Below the pieces are notes generated by a model. It was not told the DNA's origin. It did not search any database and saw nothing but the letters and a program-made list of their open reading frames with translations. From NCBI RefSeq assembly GCF_009931435.1, contig NZ_CP043414.1: a DNA stretch of 64,000 bases; one strand, 5' to 3'. Of this stretch, positions 1-16,969 are shown piece after piece (position 1 is the first letter of the stretch; each line of letters starts with the position of its first letter). The position numbers and the translations under genes are program-made. This stretch comes from Escherichia coli. Lineage in GTDB: Bacteria > Pseudomonadota > Gammaproteobacteria > Enterobacterales > Enterobacteriaceae.

Positions 1-178
<178 letters not shown>

Positions 179-179
179 T

Positions 180-3110
<2,931 letters not shown>

Positions 3111-3635
3111 TTGTCATCCCTCCTCAGGGACGTAATAAGTTGATCCATCAATTATCAATGCATAGAAAACATATTATGTTTCGCGTTTACGATTATGCGG
3201 CGTTATAGAGGAATGGTTCAATTATTCTTTCCCCTAAGTCCGATTGCGGACATATATAAAGCACGTGAACACACATAAAGAAATAAATAACAAAAATACA
3301 TTATTTCAATAGGTTAATGAAAGCGCCAATTTTAAAACATAGACCATAAAAATATAAAACAACCAAACCAGACAAATAATGTATCAATAAGCAATGAACT
3401 TTACGCCATTCACTTTTTGAAAACGTCACCAAATCCCCAAAAACAATAATCTATAGCTATAAATAAAAATTAAAAATATTTTCAATGAATATAAATTTAT
3501 TGCTATTTCTATTACAAAGATGTCCTGACCTCTCATTCATTCTCTTCTTGTCAACATCGCGACAACTTTCGTAAAACATCCCCACCCTGCTTCAGGTATA
3601 CTATGCCCCTCGATTCCACAAACATCAGGCAGACC

Positions 3636-4610
3636 ATGACAGACCTAATCCAACGCCCTCGTCGCCTGCGCAAATCTCCTGCGCTGCGCGCTATGTTTGA
3701 AGAGACAACACTTAGCCTTAACGACCTGGTGTTGCCGATCTTTGTTGAAGAAGAAATTGACGACTACAAAGCCGTTGAAGCCATGCCAGGCGTGATGCGC
3801 ATTCCAGAGAAACATCTGGCACGCGAAATTGAACGCATCGCCAACGCCGGTATTCGTTCCGTGATGACTTTCGGCATCTCTCACCATACCGATGAAACCG
3901 GCAGCGATGCCTGGCGGGAAGATGGACTGGTGGCGCGTATGTCGCGCATCTGCAAGCAGACCGTGCCAGAAATGATCGTCATGTCAGACACTTGTTTCTG
4001 TGAATACACATCTCACGGTCACTGCGGTGTGCTGTGCGAGCATGGCGTCGACAACGACGCGACTCTGGAAAATTTAGGCAAGCAAGCCGTGGTTGCAGCT
4101 GCTGCAGGCGCAGACTTCATCGCCCCTTCCGCCGCGATGGATGGCCAGGTACAAGCAATTCGCCAGGCGCTGGACGCTGCGGGCTTTAAAGATACGGCGA
4201 TTATGTCGTATTCGACCAAGTTCGCCTCCTCCTTTTATGGCCCGTTCCGTGAAGCGGCCGGAAGCGCATTAAAAGGCGACCGCAAAAGTTATCAGATGAA
4301 CCCAATGAACCGTCGCGAGGCGATTCGTGAGTCACTGCTGGATGAAGCCCAGGGCGCAGACTGCCTGATGGTTAAACCAGCCGGAGCTTACCTCGACATC
4401 GTGCGTGAGCTGCGTGAGCGTACTGAATTGCCGATTGGTGCGTATCAGGTGAGCGGTGAGTACGCGATGATTAAGTTCGCCGCGCTGGCGGGTGCTATAG
4501 ATGAAGAGAAAGTCGTGCTCGAAAGCTTAGGTTCGATTAAGCGTGCGGGTGCGGATCTGATTTTCAGCTACTTTGCGCTGGATTTGGCTGAGAAGAAGAT
4601 TCTGCGTTAA
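3636..4610 (+). CDS. hemB: Porphobilinogen synthase (5-aminolevulinate dehydratase)
   Basis: The protein from [23 protein letters not shown]... is recognisable as E. coli HemB. The ORF-track start at 3603 gives an 11-aa extension; the ATG at 3636 matches the known N-terminus. Confidence 0.97.
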
Positions 4611-4620
4611 TGATCATTAT

Positions 4621-4640
4621 GCCGGGTTATCCAACCCGGC
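4621..4640. terminator. Hairpin between the convergent hemB and tauD genes (bidirectional terminator candidate)
   Basis: gccgggtt-atcc-aacccggc stem-loop. It is flanked by att on the left and atttcc on the right. Confidence 0.6.
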
Positions 4641-4649
4641 ATTTCCCCC

Positions 4650-5501
4650 TTACCCCGCCCGATAAAACGGAATATCCCCAAGAATCGTCGCCCGATGCAT
4701 AATCCGCCGCTGTGGCAGGTAATCCGCATTGGCATAGTGCTGAGTCACGCGGTTATCCCAAATCGCAATATCATTCGGTTGCCAGCGCCAGCGCACCTGA
4801 AACTCCGGTTTAGTGATATGGGCAAACAAAAAACCTAACAAGGCTTCGCTCTCTTTATCGCTGACATCAACAATTCGTGTGGTAAAACCTTCGTTCACAA
4901 ACAGCGCCTGTTTACCGGTCACCGGATGCGTTCGCACAACCGGATGGAGCAACGGTGGATTTTTCGCGACCGCCTCGCGCCAGCGTTGATGCTCATCCTC
5001 GGTTTTGCGGTACTTGTATTCCGGGAACGATTTACGGAAATCATGCTCCGCACGTAGCCCGCTCAATAGTTGACGGAAGGGAGCTGAGAGCGCCTCATAG
5101 GCCGCAATACCGCTGCTCCAGAGCGTATCGCCGCCAGTCGAGGGTAACTCTTTCGCCGCCAGAATCGCCCCTGCGGGTGGCGTTTCAATAAATGTCACAT
5201 CGGTGTGCCAGTTATCGTTATCCGGCGGATTATCGTTATGAGTATCCAGTACGATGATCTCCTCAACCCCTTCGGCATGAGGGTAAACAGGATGAATATG
5301 CAGTTCGCCAAAACGCTGGGCCAGCGCGCGTTGCTGCTGCGGTGTAATGGCTTGATCGCGCAGAAACACCACCTGATGGCGCAGTACCGCATGGTAAAGC
5401 TGTTCAAACTGATTATCGCTTAACGGACGCGTCAGGTCGGCACCTGAAATTTGTGCACCGATATACGGCCCCAGCGGGGTAATGCTCAGACGTTCACTCA
5501 T
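4650..5501 (-). CDS. tauD: Taurine dioxygenase, Fe(II)/2-oxoglutarate dependent
   Basis: 283-aa ORF starting [23 protein letters not shown], with a WHTDVTF iron-binding motif. Its start has a 4-bp overlap with the tauC stop. Confidence 0.97.
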   Translation of the reverse strand: MSERLSITPLGPYIGAQISGADLTRPLSDNQFEQLYHAVLRHQVVFLRDQAITPQQQRALAQRFGELHIHPVYPHAEGVEEIIVLDTHNDNPPDNDNWHTDVTFIETPPAGAILAAKELPSTGGDTLWSSGIAAYEALSAPFRQLLSGLRAEHDFRKSFPEYKYRKTEDEHQRWREAVAKNPPLLHPVVRTHPVTGKQALFVNEGFTTRIVDVSDKESEALLGFLFAHITKPEFQVRWRWQPNDIAIWDNRVTQHYANADYLPQRRIMHRATILGDIPFYRAG

Positions 5502-6325
5502 TGTACTTCTCCATGCCAGGGCGTCAGGCGGCGCTGTAACGCGCGCAGACCCAGTTCTAAAAGAAAGGCGATAATCGCAATCACCGCGATCCCCGCCAGC
5601 ACCACGTCAGTCGCGAGAAATTCACCCGCTGACTGAACCATAAATCCTAAACCGCGCGTTGCGGCAATCAGCTCCGCCGCCACCAGCGTTGACCAGCCCA
5701 CACCCAGACCAATGCGTAATCCGGTGAGGATTTCCGGCAGCGCGCCGGGCAAAATAACAAACCACAGCACCTGCGCACGGCTGGCCCCCAGCGACTGAGC
5801 GGCACGAATGCGAACCTGCTGCGCGCTTTTCACCCCCGCCAGCGCCGACATCGCCACCGGTGCAAAAATCGCTAAATAGATCAGTAAGATCTTCGAGGTT
5901 TCGCCAATACCAAACCAGATCACCATCAGCGGCAAATAAGCCAGCGGCGGCACCGGACGATAAAGCTCGATTATCGGATCCAGAATGCCGCGCACCGTCG
6001 GGCTTAGTCCCATGGCGATCCCAACCGGAATGCCGATCAACACCGCCGCAAGTAGCGCCAGCACAATGCGCGTCAGGCTGGCTGCCAGATGTTGCCACAG
6101 GGTGGCGTCCATAAATCCTTGAGGTCCGGCAATAGTGAGCAGTTTTGCCATTACCTGTTGCGGCGGCGGCAGAAACAGCGGGCTAATCAGTTGCAGCGCC
6201 GCCACCGCCCACCATACCGTGAGTAAAACCGCTAACGTGCCAATGCTTAAGGTCACCTGACGCGAGAGCGGCCAGCGCCATTTCAGCCGATGCGAATGCA
6301 GTTTTTCATTAATGAGCACACTCAT
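5498..6325 (-). CDS. tauC: Taurine ABC transporter permease
   Basis: 275-aa multi-pass membrane ORF with a binding-protein-dependent permease signature. ATGA-type overlaps with tauB and tauD indicate translational coupling. Confidence 0.96.
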   Translation of the reverse strand: MSVLINEKLHSHRLKWRWPLSRQVTLSIGTLAVLLTVWWAVAALQLISPLFLPPPQQVMAKLLTIAGPQGFMDATLWQHLAASLTRIVLALLAAVLIGIPVGIAMGLSPTVRGILDPIIELYRPVPPLAYLPLMVIWFGIGETSKILLIYLAIFAPVAMSALAGVKSAQQVRIRAAQSLGASRAQVLWFVILPGALPEILTGLRIGLGVGWSTLVAAELIAATRGLGFMVQSAGEFLATDVVLAGIAVIAIIAFLLELGLRALQRRLTPWHGEVQ

Positions 6326-7089
6326 GAGAACGCCTCCCGTTGCTCAAATACGCGGCTTAAAACATATTCGCGCATGGCGATGAATTGTGGATCGGACTTG
6401 ATGCTGCGGCTCGGTTCCCCGGCAACAAAGCGGCGGGCGAAGTTGAGCGGCAGGCGTTCCAGCACGCGGCCTGGGCCGGGTGAAAGCAGAACCAGTTCAG
6501 TCGCCATAAACACCGCTTCTTCTATATCGTGGGTAATCAACAGCACCTGCTTGCCCGTCTCCTGCCAGAGTTTCAGCAGCAGGGTTTGCATCTGGTCGCG
6601 GGTGAAGGCGTCCAGCGCGCCAAACGGTTCGTCGAGTAATAACAGCTGGGGATTTGCCGCCAGCGCGCGGGCAATCCCTACCCGCTGACGTTGACCGCCG
6701 GAAAGCTGCCAGATATAGCGTTTTTCTGCGCCTTCCAGCCCCACTTTTTTCAGCATCTGGTGCGCGATTTCCAGGCGCTGTACTTTCTCTACACCTGCCA
6801 GTTGCAGGCCGAATGCCACGTTGTCTACCACATTACGCCACGGCAACAGCCCTTCATTCTGAAAAACCACGCCCCGCTCTGCGCCCGGTCCCTCAATGCA
6901 CTTACCCGCCAGTTGAATGCTGCCATGCTGATAAGGCACAAAACCGGCAATCAGATTCAGCAAGGTGGTTTTGCCGCAGCCAGACGGTCCCAGAACCACC
7001 AGAAGCTCGCCGCTTTCCAGCGTCAGGTTGATATCTTCCAACGCCGGTTTGCCGCCATAATCGGCGTAAAGATGAGAGATTTGCAGCAT
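6322..7089 (-). CDS. tauB: Taurine ABC transporter ATP-binding protein
   Basis: Walker [13 protein letters not shown] signature [15 protein letters not shown] and Walker B LLLLDEP. Confidence 0.97.
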   Translation of the reverse strand: MLQISHLYADYGGKPALEDINLTLESGELLVVLGPSGCGKTTLLNLIAGFVPYQHGSIQLAGKCIEGPGAERGVVFQNEGLLPWRNVVDNVAFGLQLAGVEKVQRLEIAHQMLKKVGLEGAEKRYIWQLSGGQRQRVGIARALAANPQLLLLDEPFGALDAFTRDQMQTLLLKLWQETGKQVLLITHDIEEAVFMATELVLLSPGPGRVLERLPLNFARRFVAGEPSRSIKSDPQFIAMREYVLSRVFEQREAFS

Positions 7090-7101
7090 CTGCGCCTCCT
7101 T

Positions 7102-8064
7102 TTATTGCACGAAGCGCGAGGTCACGTACTGGCTGTAATCATTCGCCACGGCAGGGACTTTGCCCTGATCTTTCAAAAACTGCGCGGTATCAATGATCGC
7201 TTTATTCACCGGTCCGGTCAGTTCTGCCGTTTGTTGCTGCGGCGTCAGATAGGTATTCCCCTTCACCAGCCCCGGAACGTCACCTTCCGGCACGGCGCTT
7301 AAACGCGCCAGCTTGCTGATGTTTTCCGGCTGTTTCAGCCACGCGTCTGGGTTAGCAATGTACGGTTGCTGAGCATCGATGGCGCTTTTAGCGAACGCTT
7401 TCACGACTTCAGGATGTTTCTCGGCAAAATCTTTGCGCACGACCCAGACGTCCAGTGTCGGCGCGCCCCACTGCCCGACCTGTTCAGAATCGGTCAGCAC
7501 CTTGCCATCTTTTTCCAGGGCGTTAACCGCCGGTGCCCAGACATAAGCACCATCAATATCTCCCCGCTGCCATGCGGCGATAATCGCGGGCGGCTGCAGG
7601 TTCACAATCTCAACTTGCCCAGGTTTAATACCCCAGTGTTTCAGCGCCGCCAGCAGGCTGTAGTGGGTGGTGGAGATAAACGGTACGGCGATGCGTTTAC
7701 CAATGAGATCTTCGGGTTTGCTGATGGTTTTCTTCACCACCAGCGCTTCGGAGTTACCCAGTTTTGACGCCAGCAAGAAGACTTCAATCGGCACCTGTTG
7801 GCTGGCTGCAACCGCTAATGGGCTGGAACCGAGGTTGCCGATTTGCACGTCGCCAGAAGCCAGTGCTCGCACGATGCTGGCTCCGCTGTCAAACTTGCGC
7901 CAGTCCACCGTCGCCCCGCTCTCTTTAGCAAAGGTGTTATCAGCCTGAGCCACTTTCGCCGGTTCAGCGGAGGTTTGATAGGCCACGGTGACGTTCACCG
8001 CCTGTGCCTGAAAAGCGATGAATGCCAGTGCGGCAAGAAGTGTGTTACGCGATGAAATTGCCAT
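7102..8064 (-). CDS. tauA: Taurine ABC transporter periplasmic binding protein
   Basis: 320-aa ORF with signal peptide MAISSRNTLLAALAFIAFQAQA. It is the first gene of the tauABCD order. Confidence 0.96.
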   Translation of the reverse strand: MAISSRNTLLAALAFIAFQAQAVNVTVAYQTSAEPAKVAQADNTFAKESGATVDWRKFDSGASIVRALASGDVQIGNLGSSPLAVAASQQVPIEVFLLASKLGNSEALVVKKTISKPEDLIGKRIAVPFISTTHYSLLAALKHWGIKPGQVEIVNLQPPAIIAAWQRGDIDGAYVWAPAVNALEKDGKVLTDSEQVGQWGAPTLDVWVVRKDFAEKHPEVVKAFAKSAIDAQQPYIANPDAWLKQPENISKLARLSAVPEGDVPGLVKGNTYLTPQQQTAELTGPVNKAIIDTAQFLKDQGKVPAVANDYSQYVTSRFVQ

Positions 8065-8294
8065 GATTGTCTGCTCCCCTGTCTTGTTATGGGAGCAGTA
8101 TTTCGTTGCGGGTCAGTTTGATAAAGGAATTAAAACGTCTTGTTAAGAACAAAGCGTTTTTAGAAAAAAACTGGCAATGGTTAGCGAATATGCGCATTTT
8201 GCTATTTTTAACAAACATCGCCTGGTGCAGCGCTCACGCCTCTTATCATGCATACAAATACTGGGGCCGGATAAATTTTATGCTCCAATGCTAT

Positions 8295-8346
8295 ATACTA
8301 TAGGGGGGTATGCATTGACATATATCATACCCCCCTATAGTATATT
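8295..8346 (+). promoter_or_regulatory. frmRAB promoter with two inverted G6/C6-tract operator half-sites (FrmR, CsoR/RcnR-family type)
   Basis: atactataggggggtat (8295-8311) and ataccccctatagtat (8327-8343) are reverse complements. They bracket a consensus -35 ttgaca (8315-8320). A -10-like tatagt/tagtat lies at 8336-8343 inside the second site. Confidence 0.75.
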
Positions 8347-8369
8347 GCGTGCAGATGATGAGGTGCGAA

Positions 8370-8645
8370 ATGCCCAGTACTCCGGAAGAGAAGAAAAAGG
8401 TCCTTACTCGAGTTCGTCGTATTCGGGGGCAAATTGATGCTCTGGAACGGTCGCTGGAGGGTGATGCCGAATGCCGTGCCATACTCCAACAGATCGCTGC
8501 CGTTCGGGGCGCGGCTAACGGGCTGATGGCAGAAGTGCTTGAAAGCCATATCCGGGAAACGTTTGACCGAAATGACTGCTACAGCCGCGAAGTCAGCCAA
8601 TCCGTTGACGACACTATTGAACTGGTTCGTGCCTATCTTAAATAG
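8370..8645 (+). CDS. frmR: Formaldehyde-responsive repressor FrmR
   Basis: The 91-aa protein [31 protein letters not shown]... is recognisable. The ATG at 8370 is preceded by gaggtg. The ORF-track start at 8349 is an upstream in-frame ATG. Confidence 0.95.
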
Positions 8646-8649
8646 CTGA

Positions 8650-9789
<1,140 letters not shown>

Positions 9790-9881
9790 TTTCCCGCTGA
9801 TTTCGCCCCGTCCAGTTCAGACGGGGTTCTCAATACCGTCCCCGGGCAGCCGTCCGGGGATTAACCATGAGATAATGACTG

Positions 9882-10715
9882 ATGGAACTCATTGAAAAAC
9901 ATGCCAGCTTTGGCGGCTGGCAAAATGTGTATCGGCATTATTCCCAATCACTGAAATGTGAAATGAATGTCGGTGTCTATCTCCCGCCAAAAGCCGGGAA
10001 TGAAAAATTGCCGGTACTGTACTGGCTTTCGGGCCTGACCTGTAACGAGCAGAATTTCATTACTAAATCGGGGATGCAACGTTACGCGGCTGAGCACAAC
10101 ATTATTGTTGTTGCGCCAGACACCAGTCCGCGAGGCAGTCATGTCGCAGATGCCGACCGTTACGATCTCGGACAAGGTGCCGGGTTTTACCTGAACGCAA
10201 CGCAAGCGCCGTGGAATGAACATTACAAAATGTATGATTATATCCACAACGAGCTGCCGGATTTAGTGATGCAACATTTTCCGGCAACGACCAGAAAGTC
10301 TATCTCAGGTCATTCTATGGGCGGGCTGGGCGCGCTGGTGCTGGCGTTACGTAACCCAGATGAATATGTCAGCGTCTCGGCGTTTTCGCCCATTGTCTCC
10401 CCATCGCAAGTACCGTGGGGACAGCAAGCCTTTGCCGCGTATCTTGGTGAAAATAAAGATGCCTGGTTGGATTACGATCCGGTGAGCCTTATTTCACAAG
10501 GTCAACGCGTTGCGGAAATCATGGTTGATCAGGGATTGAGTGATGATTTTTACGCAGAACAGCTGCGGACTCCAAATCTTGAAAAGATCTGCCAGCAGAT
10601 GAATATCAAAACGTTAATCCGTTATCACGAGGGTTATGATCACAGCTATTATTTTGTCTCCAGTTTTATTGGCGAGCATATTGCCTACCACGCCAATAAA
10701 CTGAATATGCGTTGA
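9882..10715 (+). CDS. frmB: S-formylglutathione hydrolase (esterase D family)
   Basis: 277 aa with the serine hydrolase motif GHSMGG. It is the third gene of the frm operon. Confidence 0.96.
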   Translation: MELIEKHASFGGWQNVYRHYSQSLKCEMNVGVYLPPKAGNEKLPVLYWLSGLTCNEQNFITKSGMQRYAAEHNIIVVAPDTSPRGSHVADADRYDLGQGAGFYLNATQAPWNEHYKMYDYIHNELPDLVMQHFPATTRKSISGHSMGGLGALVLALRNPDEYVSVSAFSPIVSPSQVPWGQQAFAAYLGENKDAWLDYDPVSLISQGQRVAEIMVDQGLSDDFYAEQLRTPNLEKICQQMNIKTLIRYHEGYDHSYYFVSSFIGEHIAYHANKLNMR

Positions 10716-11028
10716 GCATCCGCGCACGCCAGCCGGATGCGGCGTGAACGCCTTATCCGCCTACATTTCGCCCATAAACCGTAGGCATGATAAGACGCGC
10801 ATAGCGTCGCATCAGGCATCTGCGCACAACTGCCGGATGCGGCGTGAACGCCTTATCCGGCCTACATTTCGCCCATGAGCCGTAGGCATGATAAGACGCG
10901 CATAGCGTCGCATCAGGCATCTGCGCACAACTGCCGGATGCGGCGTGAACGCCTTATCCGGCCTACATTTCGCCCATGAGCCGTAGGTATGATAAGACGC
11001 GTCAGCGTCGCATCAGGCATCTGCGCAC
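10716..11028. repeat. REP/BIME cluster (three tandem units of about 100-110 bp)
   Basis: gccggatgcggcgtgaacgccttatccggcctaca and aggcatgataagacgcg...cgtcgcatcaggcat palindromic units recur at about 10722, 10832 and 10933. Confidence 0.9.
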
Positions 11029-11041
11029 GACTTATCTATGT

Positions 11042-11581
11042 TTACCACATCAAATCATCAGGCACTTTAAAGTCGGCATACGGATCGTCTTCATCCTGCT
11101 CTTCGGCGCTGAGCGCGCTGTGCAACACAATACTGCTGGCATCACGCTGAGCAATTTTATCGGCAACGCTGGCGGGAATAATGGCGTATTCACCTTCGCT
11201 ATTGTTATCGACCAACAAGCGGGCAATCGCCAGACGACCATTAATCAACTGCGTTTGTGTGAGCTTATCGACAAAAATCTTCTTAATCAGATTGCCATCG
11301 GTAAAGTTAAAACCGATATCGCCATTGGCAATGGTGATCCGGTTCATTTCAATAAGCTGCTTCACCTGAGCTTTATATTCTTTCGCCAGTGCCGCTTGTT
11401 TTTGCTGCTCGCTAAGCTGTTTATCACGCTCAAGCTGTGCCTTTTTATTTTCTTCTACCGCCGCCCGAGCTTCACGCGCCTGAACGCGCGATTTTTTCGC
11501 CGTTCTCTCGACCTTCGCCGCTTTTTTGCTGGTGACTAATCCTGCTTTGAGCAACTGCTCTTGTAAGGTAAGTTTTGCCAT
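11042..11581 (-). CDS. yaiL: DUF2058 family nucleoprotein/polynucleotide-associated protein
   Basis: The protein from MAKLTLQEQLLKAGLVTSKKAAKVERTAKK... (179 aa) is recognisable as YaiL. The ORF-track start at 11653 adds 24 aa that are not expected. Confidence 0.9.
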   Translation of the reverse strand: MAKLTLQEQLLKAGLVTSKKAAKVERTAKKSRVQAREARAAVEENKKAQLERDKQLSEQQKQAALAKEYKAQVKQLIEMNRITIANGDIGFNFTDGNLIKKIFVDKLTQTQLINGRLAIARLLVDNNSEGEYAIIPASVADKIAQRDASSIVLHSALSAEEQDEDDPYADFKVPDDLMW

Positions 11582-11683
11582 CTTTGTTTCCAAACCCGCT
11601 GAATAATTTTTAGCGAGTATACCTGTAAACGCCGTGGGTGTATTGGGGGGCAAGTCCCTTTCGCCCCGGCTTAATAAGGCGCG

Positions 11684-12895
11684 TCAGGCATCAGCGCACG
11701 GCTGCATTCGGGATTTTCGACTCATCAAAATAAACACCGCTAATCCAGCAACAAGAATACCCGGCGCAGATGCGGCCATTACGCCAACCGTGCCAGTGCC
11801 TAATGCCAGCATTTTCCCTGCCAGCAACGGGCCGCTCATGGCACCCAGACGCCCAATCGCCACGGCGGTTCCCACGCCGGTTGCGCGGATCTGCGAACTG
11901 TAAAACAACGGAGCCAATGCATACAAAACGCTTTGCCCACCTGTTGCAAACAACCCTGCGACGAATCCCGCCAGCAACATACCGTTAAATGATGACACCG
12001 TTCCCAGCGCTAACAGCGAAGCTAACATACCGCTATAAATCAGTAGCGACATGGTCATTGGACGCAGTTTATCCATCAAGGCGCCCAATATTAACGTCCC
12101 GCTTGCCGCCCCCATTTGTAGTGCAAACATCACCCCTGCCGCCTGCGATGGCTGGAATCCTTGTTCCACTAAAAGCAGCGGTAGCCAGTTGATCAACATG
12201 TAGACCACCAGCAAAGTGAAGAAATAACACAACCACAGCAGCAGCGTTGCGGTTGCCGTTTCTGGCGCAAATAACGCACGCAGTGGAGGCGCGGCCTGTT
12301 TTTCGCCAGCGAACACCGCCGACTCCGGCAGCCAGTGCATTAATAGCGGCACCAGAATCAGCGGCACTACACCACCGACCCAAAACACCGTTTGCCAGGC
12401 TAAGTTTGCCCCTGCAAAACCCAGTGTCGCCGCCAGCGCCGCGCCAATGGGAACCCCGCAATACATCAGGCTCACCGCCGTTCCACGAAAACGTGGCCCC
12501 GCCGCTTCAGACGTCAGGGCGATAAGATTCGGCAACGCCGCCCCCAGCCCGACACCGGTCATCAGCCGCGCAAAGACCAGTGAGGGGAAATCCCAGGCAA
12601 TAGCCGTTGCCAGCGAGAACAAACCAAACAGCGCAACTGAACCAATCAAAATGCGTTTACGACCATAACGGTCCGCCAGCATTCCGCCAACCAGCGCGCC
12701 GGGTAGCAAACCGAGTATTCCGGCACTGAATATCCAGCCCATTTGCATTTTATCGAGTGCAAAAGCCTGGGCGATGCCACCCGCCGCAATGCCAGCCGCC
12801 TGAAGATCCAGTCCTTCCATCAGAGCGACTAAAAAACAAAGCCCGATGGTCAGCATCAGGCGGGATGAAGATGATGAAGGGGTACGAGTCGACAT
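11684..12895 (-). CDS. mhpT: 3-hydroxyphenylpropionate MFS transporter
   Basis: The 403-aa form starting MSTRTPSSSSSRLMLTIGLCF is a 12-TM MFS protein. The ORF-track start at 12964 is a 23-aa upstream extension. Confidence 0.93.
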   Translation of the reverse strand: MSTRTPSSSSSRLMLTIGLCFLVALMEGLDLQAAGIAAGGIAQAFALDKMQMGWIFSAGILGLLPGALVGGMLADRYGRKRILIGSVALFGLFSLATAIAWDFPSLVFARLMTGVGLGAALPNLIALTSEAAGPRFRGTAVSLMYCGVPIGAALAATLGFAGANLAWQTVFWVGGVVPLILVPLLMHWLPESAVFAGEKQAAPPLRALFAPETATATLLLWLCYFFTLLVVYMLINWLPLLLVEQGFQPSQAAGVMFALQMGAASGTLILGALMDKLRPMTMSLLIYSGMLASLLALGTVSSFNGMLLAGFVAGLFATGGQSVLYALAPLFYSSQIRATGVGTAVAIGRLGAMSGPLLAGKMLALGTGTVGVMAASAPGILVAGLAVFILMSRKSRMQPCADA

Positions 12896-12973
12896 AAGAT
12901 GAACCTCGTTGCGAATGCAGGTGAATCGCGGCTGATACATTGCCAGCCGCGTAATCAAAACCATTTAATGACT

Positions 12974-13270
<297 letters not shown>

Positions 13271-13303
13271 GGGATGGGTATACAAAATGCACGTTGTCAG
13301 CAG

Positions 13304-14319
13304 TCAACATGATTTGTTGTTGCACAGATCCAGCGCCACGTCGACGATCATATCCTCCTGGCCGCCGACCATCCGGCGTTTACCCAGCTCAACGAGAATA
13401 TCCACCGCGCTTAAACCATAACGCGCCGCCGCCGTTTCACAGTGACGCAAAAAGCTTGAGTAAACACCAGCGTATCCCAGCGCCAGCGTTTCGCGGTCGA
13501 CACGTACCGGACGATCCTGCAACGGACGCACCAGGTCGTCAGCAGCATCCATTAACGCATAGAGATCGGTCCCATGCTGCCAGCCCAGTTTATCCGCGGC
13601 GGCAATAAACACTTCCAGCGGTGCGTTACCTGCACCCGCGCCCATCCCCGCGAGGCTAGCGTCGATGCGGTCACAGCCCTCTTCCACCGCCGCGATAGAG
13701 TTCGCCACGCCAAGACTCAGGTTATGGTGAGCATGCATGCCAGTTTGCGTTTCCGGTTTCAGCACCGCTTTCAGGGCGCGGAAACGGTCGCGGATATCGC
13801 TCATGTTCATCGCACCGCCAGAATCCACCACATAAATACAGGTCGCACCGTAGCCTTCCATCAGCTTTGCCTGCTTTGCGAGATTCTCCGGCGTGGTCAT
13901 GTGGCTCATCATCAGAAAGCCAACGGTATCCATTCCGAGTTCGCGGGCATACTGAATATGCTGAGCGGAAACATCAGCTTCGGTGCAGTGCGTAGCCACA
14001 CGAACCACCCGCGCGCCAGCCTGCCAGGCATTTTTCAAATCGTGAATAGTGCCGATTCCTGGCAGCAACAACGTCGCGATTTTGGCGTGCTTCACCACAT
14101 CCGCCGCCGCTTCAATCCATTCAAGGTCGCTATGTGCGCCGAAACCATAGTTAAAGCTGGAACCCTGCAAACCATCGCCATGGGCCACTTCAATCGAATC
14201 CACGCGGGCATCATCCAGTGCTTTGGCAATCTGGCGGACATTTTCAAGTGAATACTGATGACGAATGGCGTGCATACCGTCACGCAACGTGACGTCTGAA
14301 ATATAAAGTTTTTTACCGT

Positions 14320-14323
<4 letters not shown>
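13304..14323 (-). CDS. mhpE: 4-hydroxy-2-oxovalerate aldolase
   Basis: The sequence [25 protein letters not shown]... belongs to the DRE-TIM aldolase family. Its start overlaps the mhpF stop by 4 bp. Confidence 0.96.
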
Positions 14324-16085
<1,762 letters not shown>

Positions 16086-16952
16086 TTAAGGACGTGCGAG
16101 GAAATTCAGCACCAGTTGATTGAAAGCGTCGGCATGTTCCCACTGCGCCCAGTGACCACAGTCGCGGAAGATATGCAGCTCAGAACCGGCGATGCCAGAA
16201 AGCAGACGCAGCCCTGCGTCCATCGGCACAAAACGGTCATTACGCCCCCAGACAATCAGAGTTTGCGCTTTGATTTCCGCCAGACGTGGGCCAAAATCCG
16301 GGAACTGTTTCGGATTGGCTTCCAGGCTCTTAACGAAGTTTTCCAGGTGATCGCGGCGCGACAGCATATTATTCAGGCGCGCTTCAAACAGGGCGTCGGT
16401 CAAATCGCTGGTATCGAAAACGAAGATATCCATCATCAGCTTCAGATTTTCGATAGTCGGCTGGCGATAAAGCTGATTCAGTCGCTTAATGCCTTCAGTT
16501 GGCATCGGCGTAAACAAACTCATGCCACCTGTACCGCCGCCCATCAGCACCAGTTTGCCGACGCGCTCCGGCCAGTTAAGGGTGAACGCCACAGAACTGT
16601 GACCGCCCATCGAGTTGCCCAGCAGGTGGATTTTGGCGATATCCAGTTGATCCACCACGCTTTTCAGGATGCGCGCATTGAGATCCGATCGCGAACCACT
16701 GTTAACGATCGAATCGCTCTTTCCCCAACCAGGACAATCCAGCAGGATCACCCGATAGCCAGCTTCTACCAGCGGATCGATATTGCGGCTGAAGTTCGCC
16801 CAGCCCGTAGCCCCCGGGCCGGAGCCGTGCAGCAGGACAACGGTTTCGTCGCCTTGACCGCAGTCATTAAAATGGATGCGCAGCGTTTTACCCGCTTCTT
16901 CTACATTCAGAAAACGGCTGGTGGCGGCTTCGGTTTGTGGCTGATAACTCAT
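16086..16952 (-). CDS. mhpC: 2-hydroxy-6-ketonona-2,4-dienedioate hydrolase (C-C hydrolase)
   Basis: An alpha/beta hydrolase with GNSMGG. The start [14 protein letters not shown] at 16952 lies 17 bp after the mhpB stop. The ORF-track start at 17015 would overlap mhpB. Confidence 0.94.
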
Positions 16953-16969
16953 CATCTTCTCCTGCATAT

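Noticed and set aside
3603-3635. N-terminal extensions offered by the ORF track (hemB 3603, frmR 8349, yaiL 11653, mhpT 12964, mhpC 17015, mhpR 19657, lacI 22496, lacA 28104, cynR 31302, codA 33644, prpR 41253, yahG 56558, yahD 59588, pdeL 62500)
   Set aside because: In each case an internal start reproduces the known protein N-terminus and/or removes an overlap with the upstream gene or a REP element.
8067-8482. Small ORFs (63-91 aa) in the tauA-frmR intergenic region
   Set aside because: They overlap the frm promoter/operator and the tauA control region, are mutually overlapping on both strands, and have no SD or recognisable sequence.
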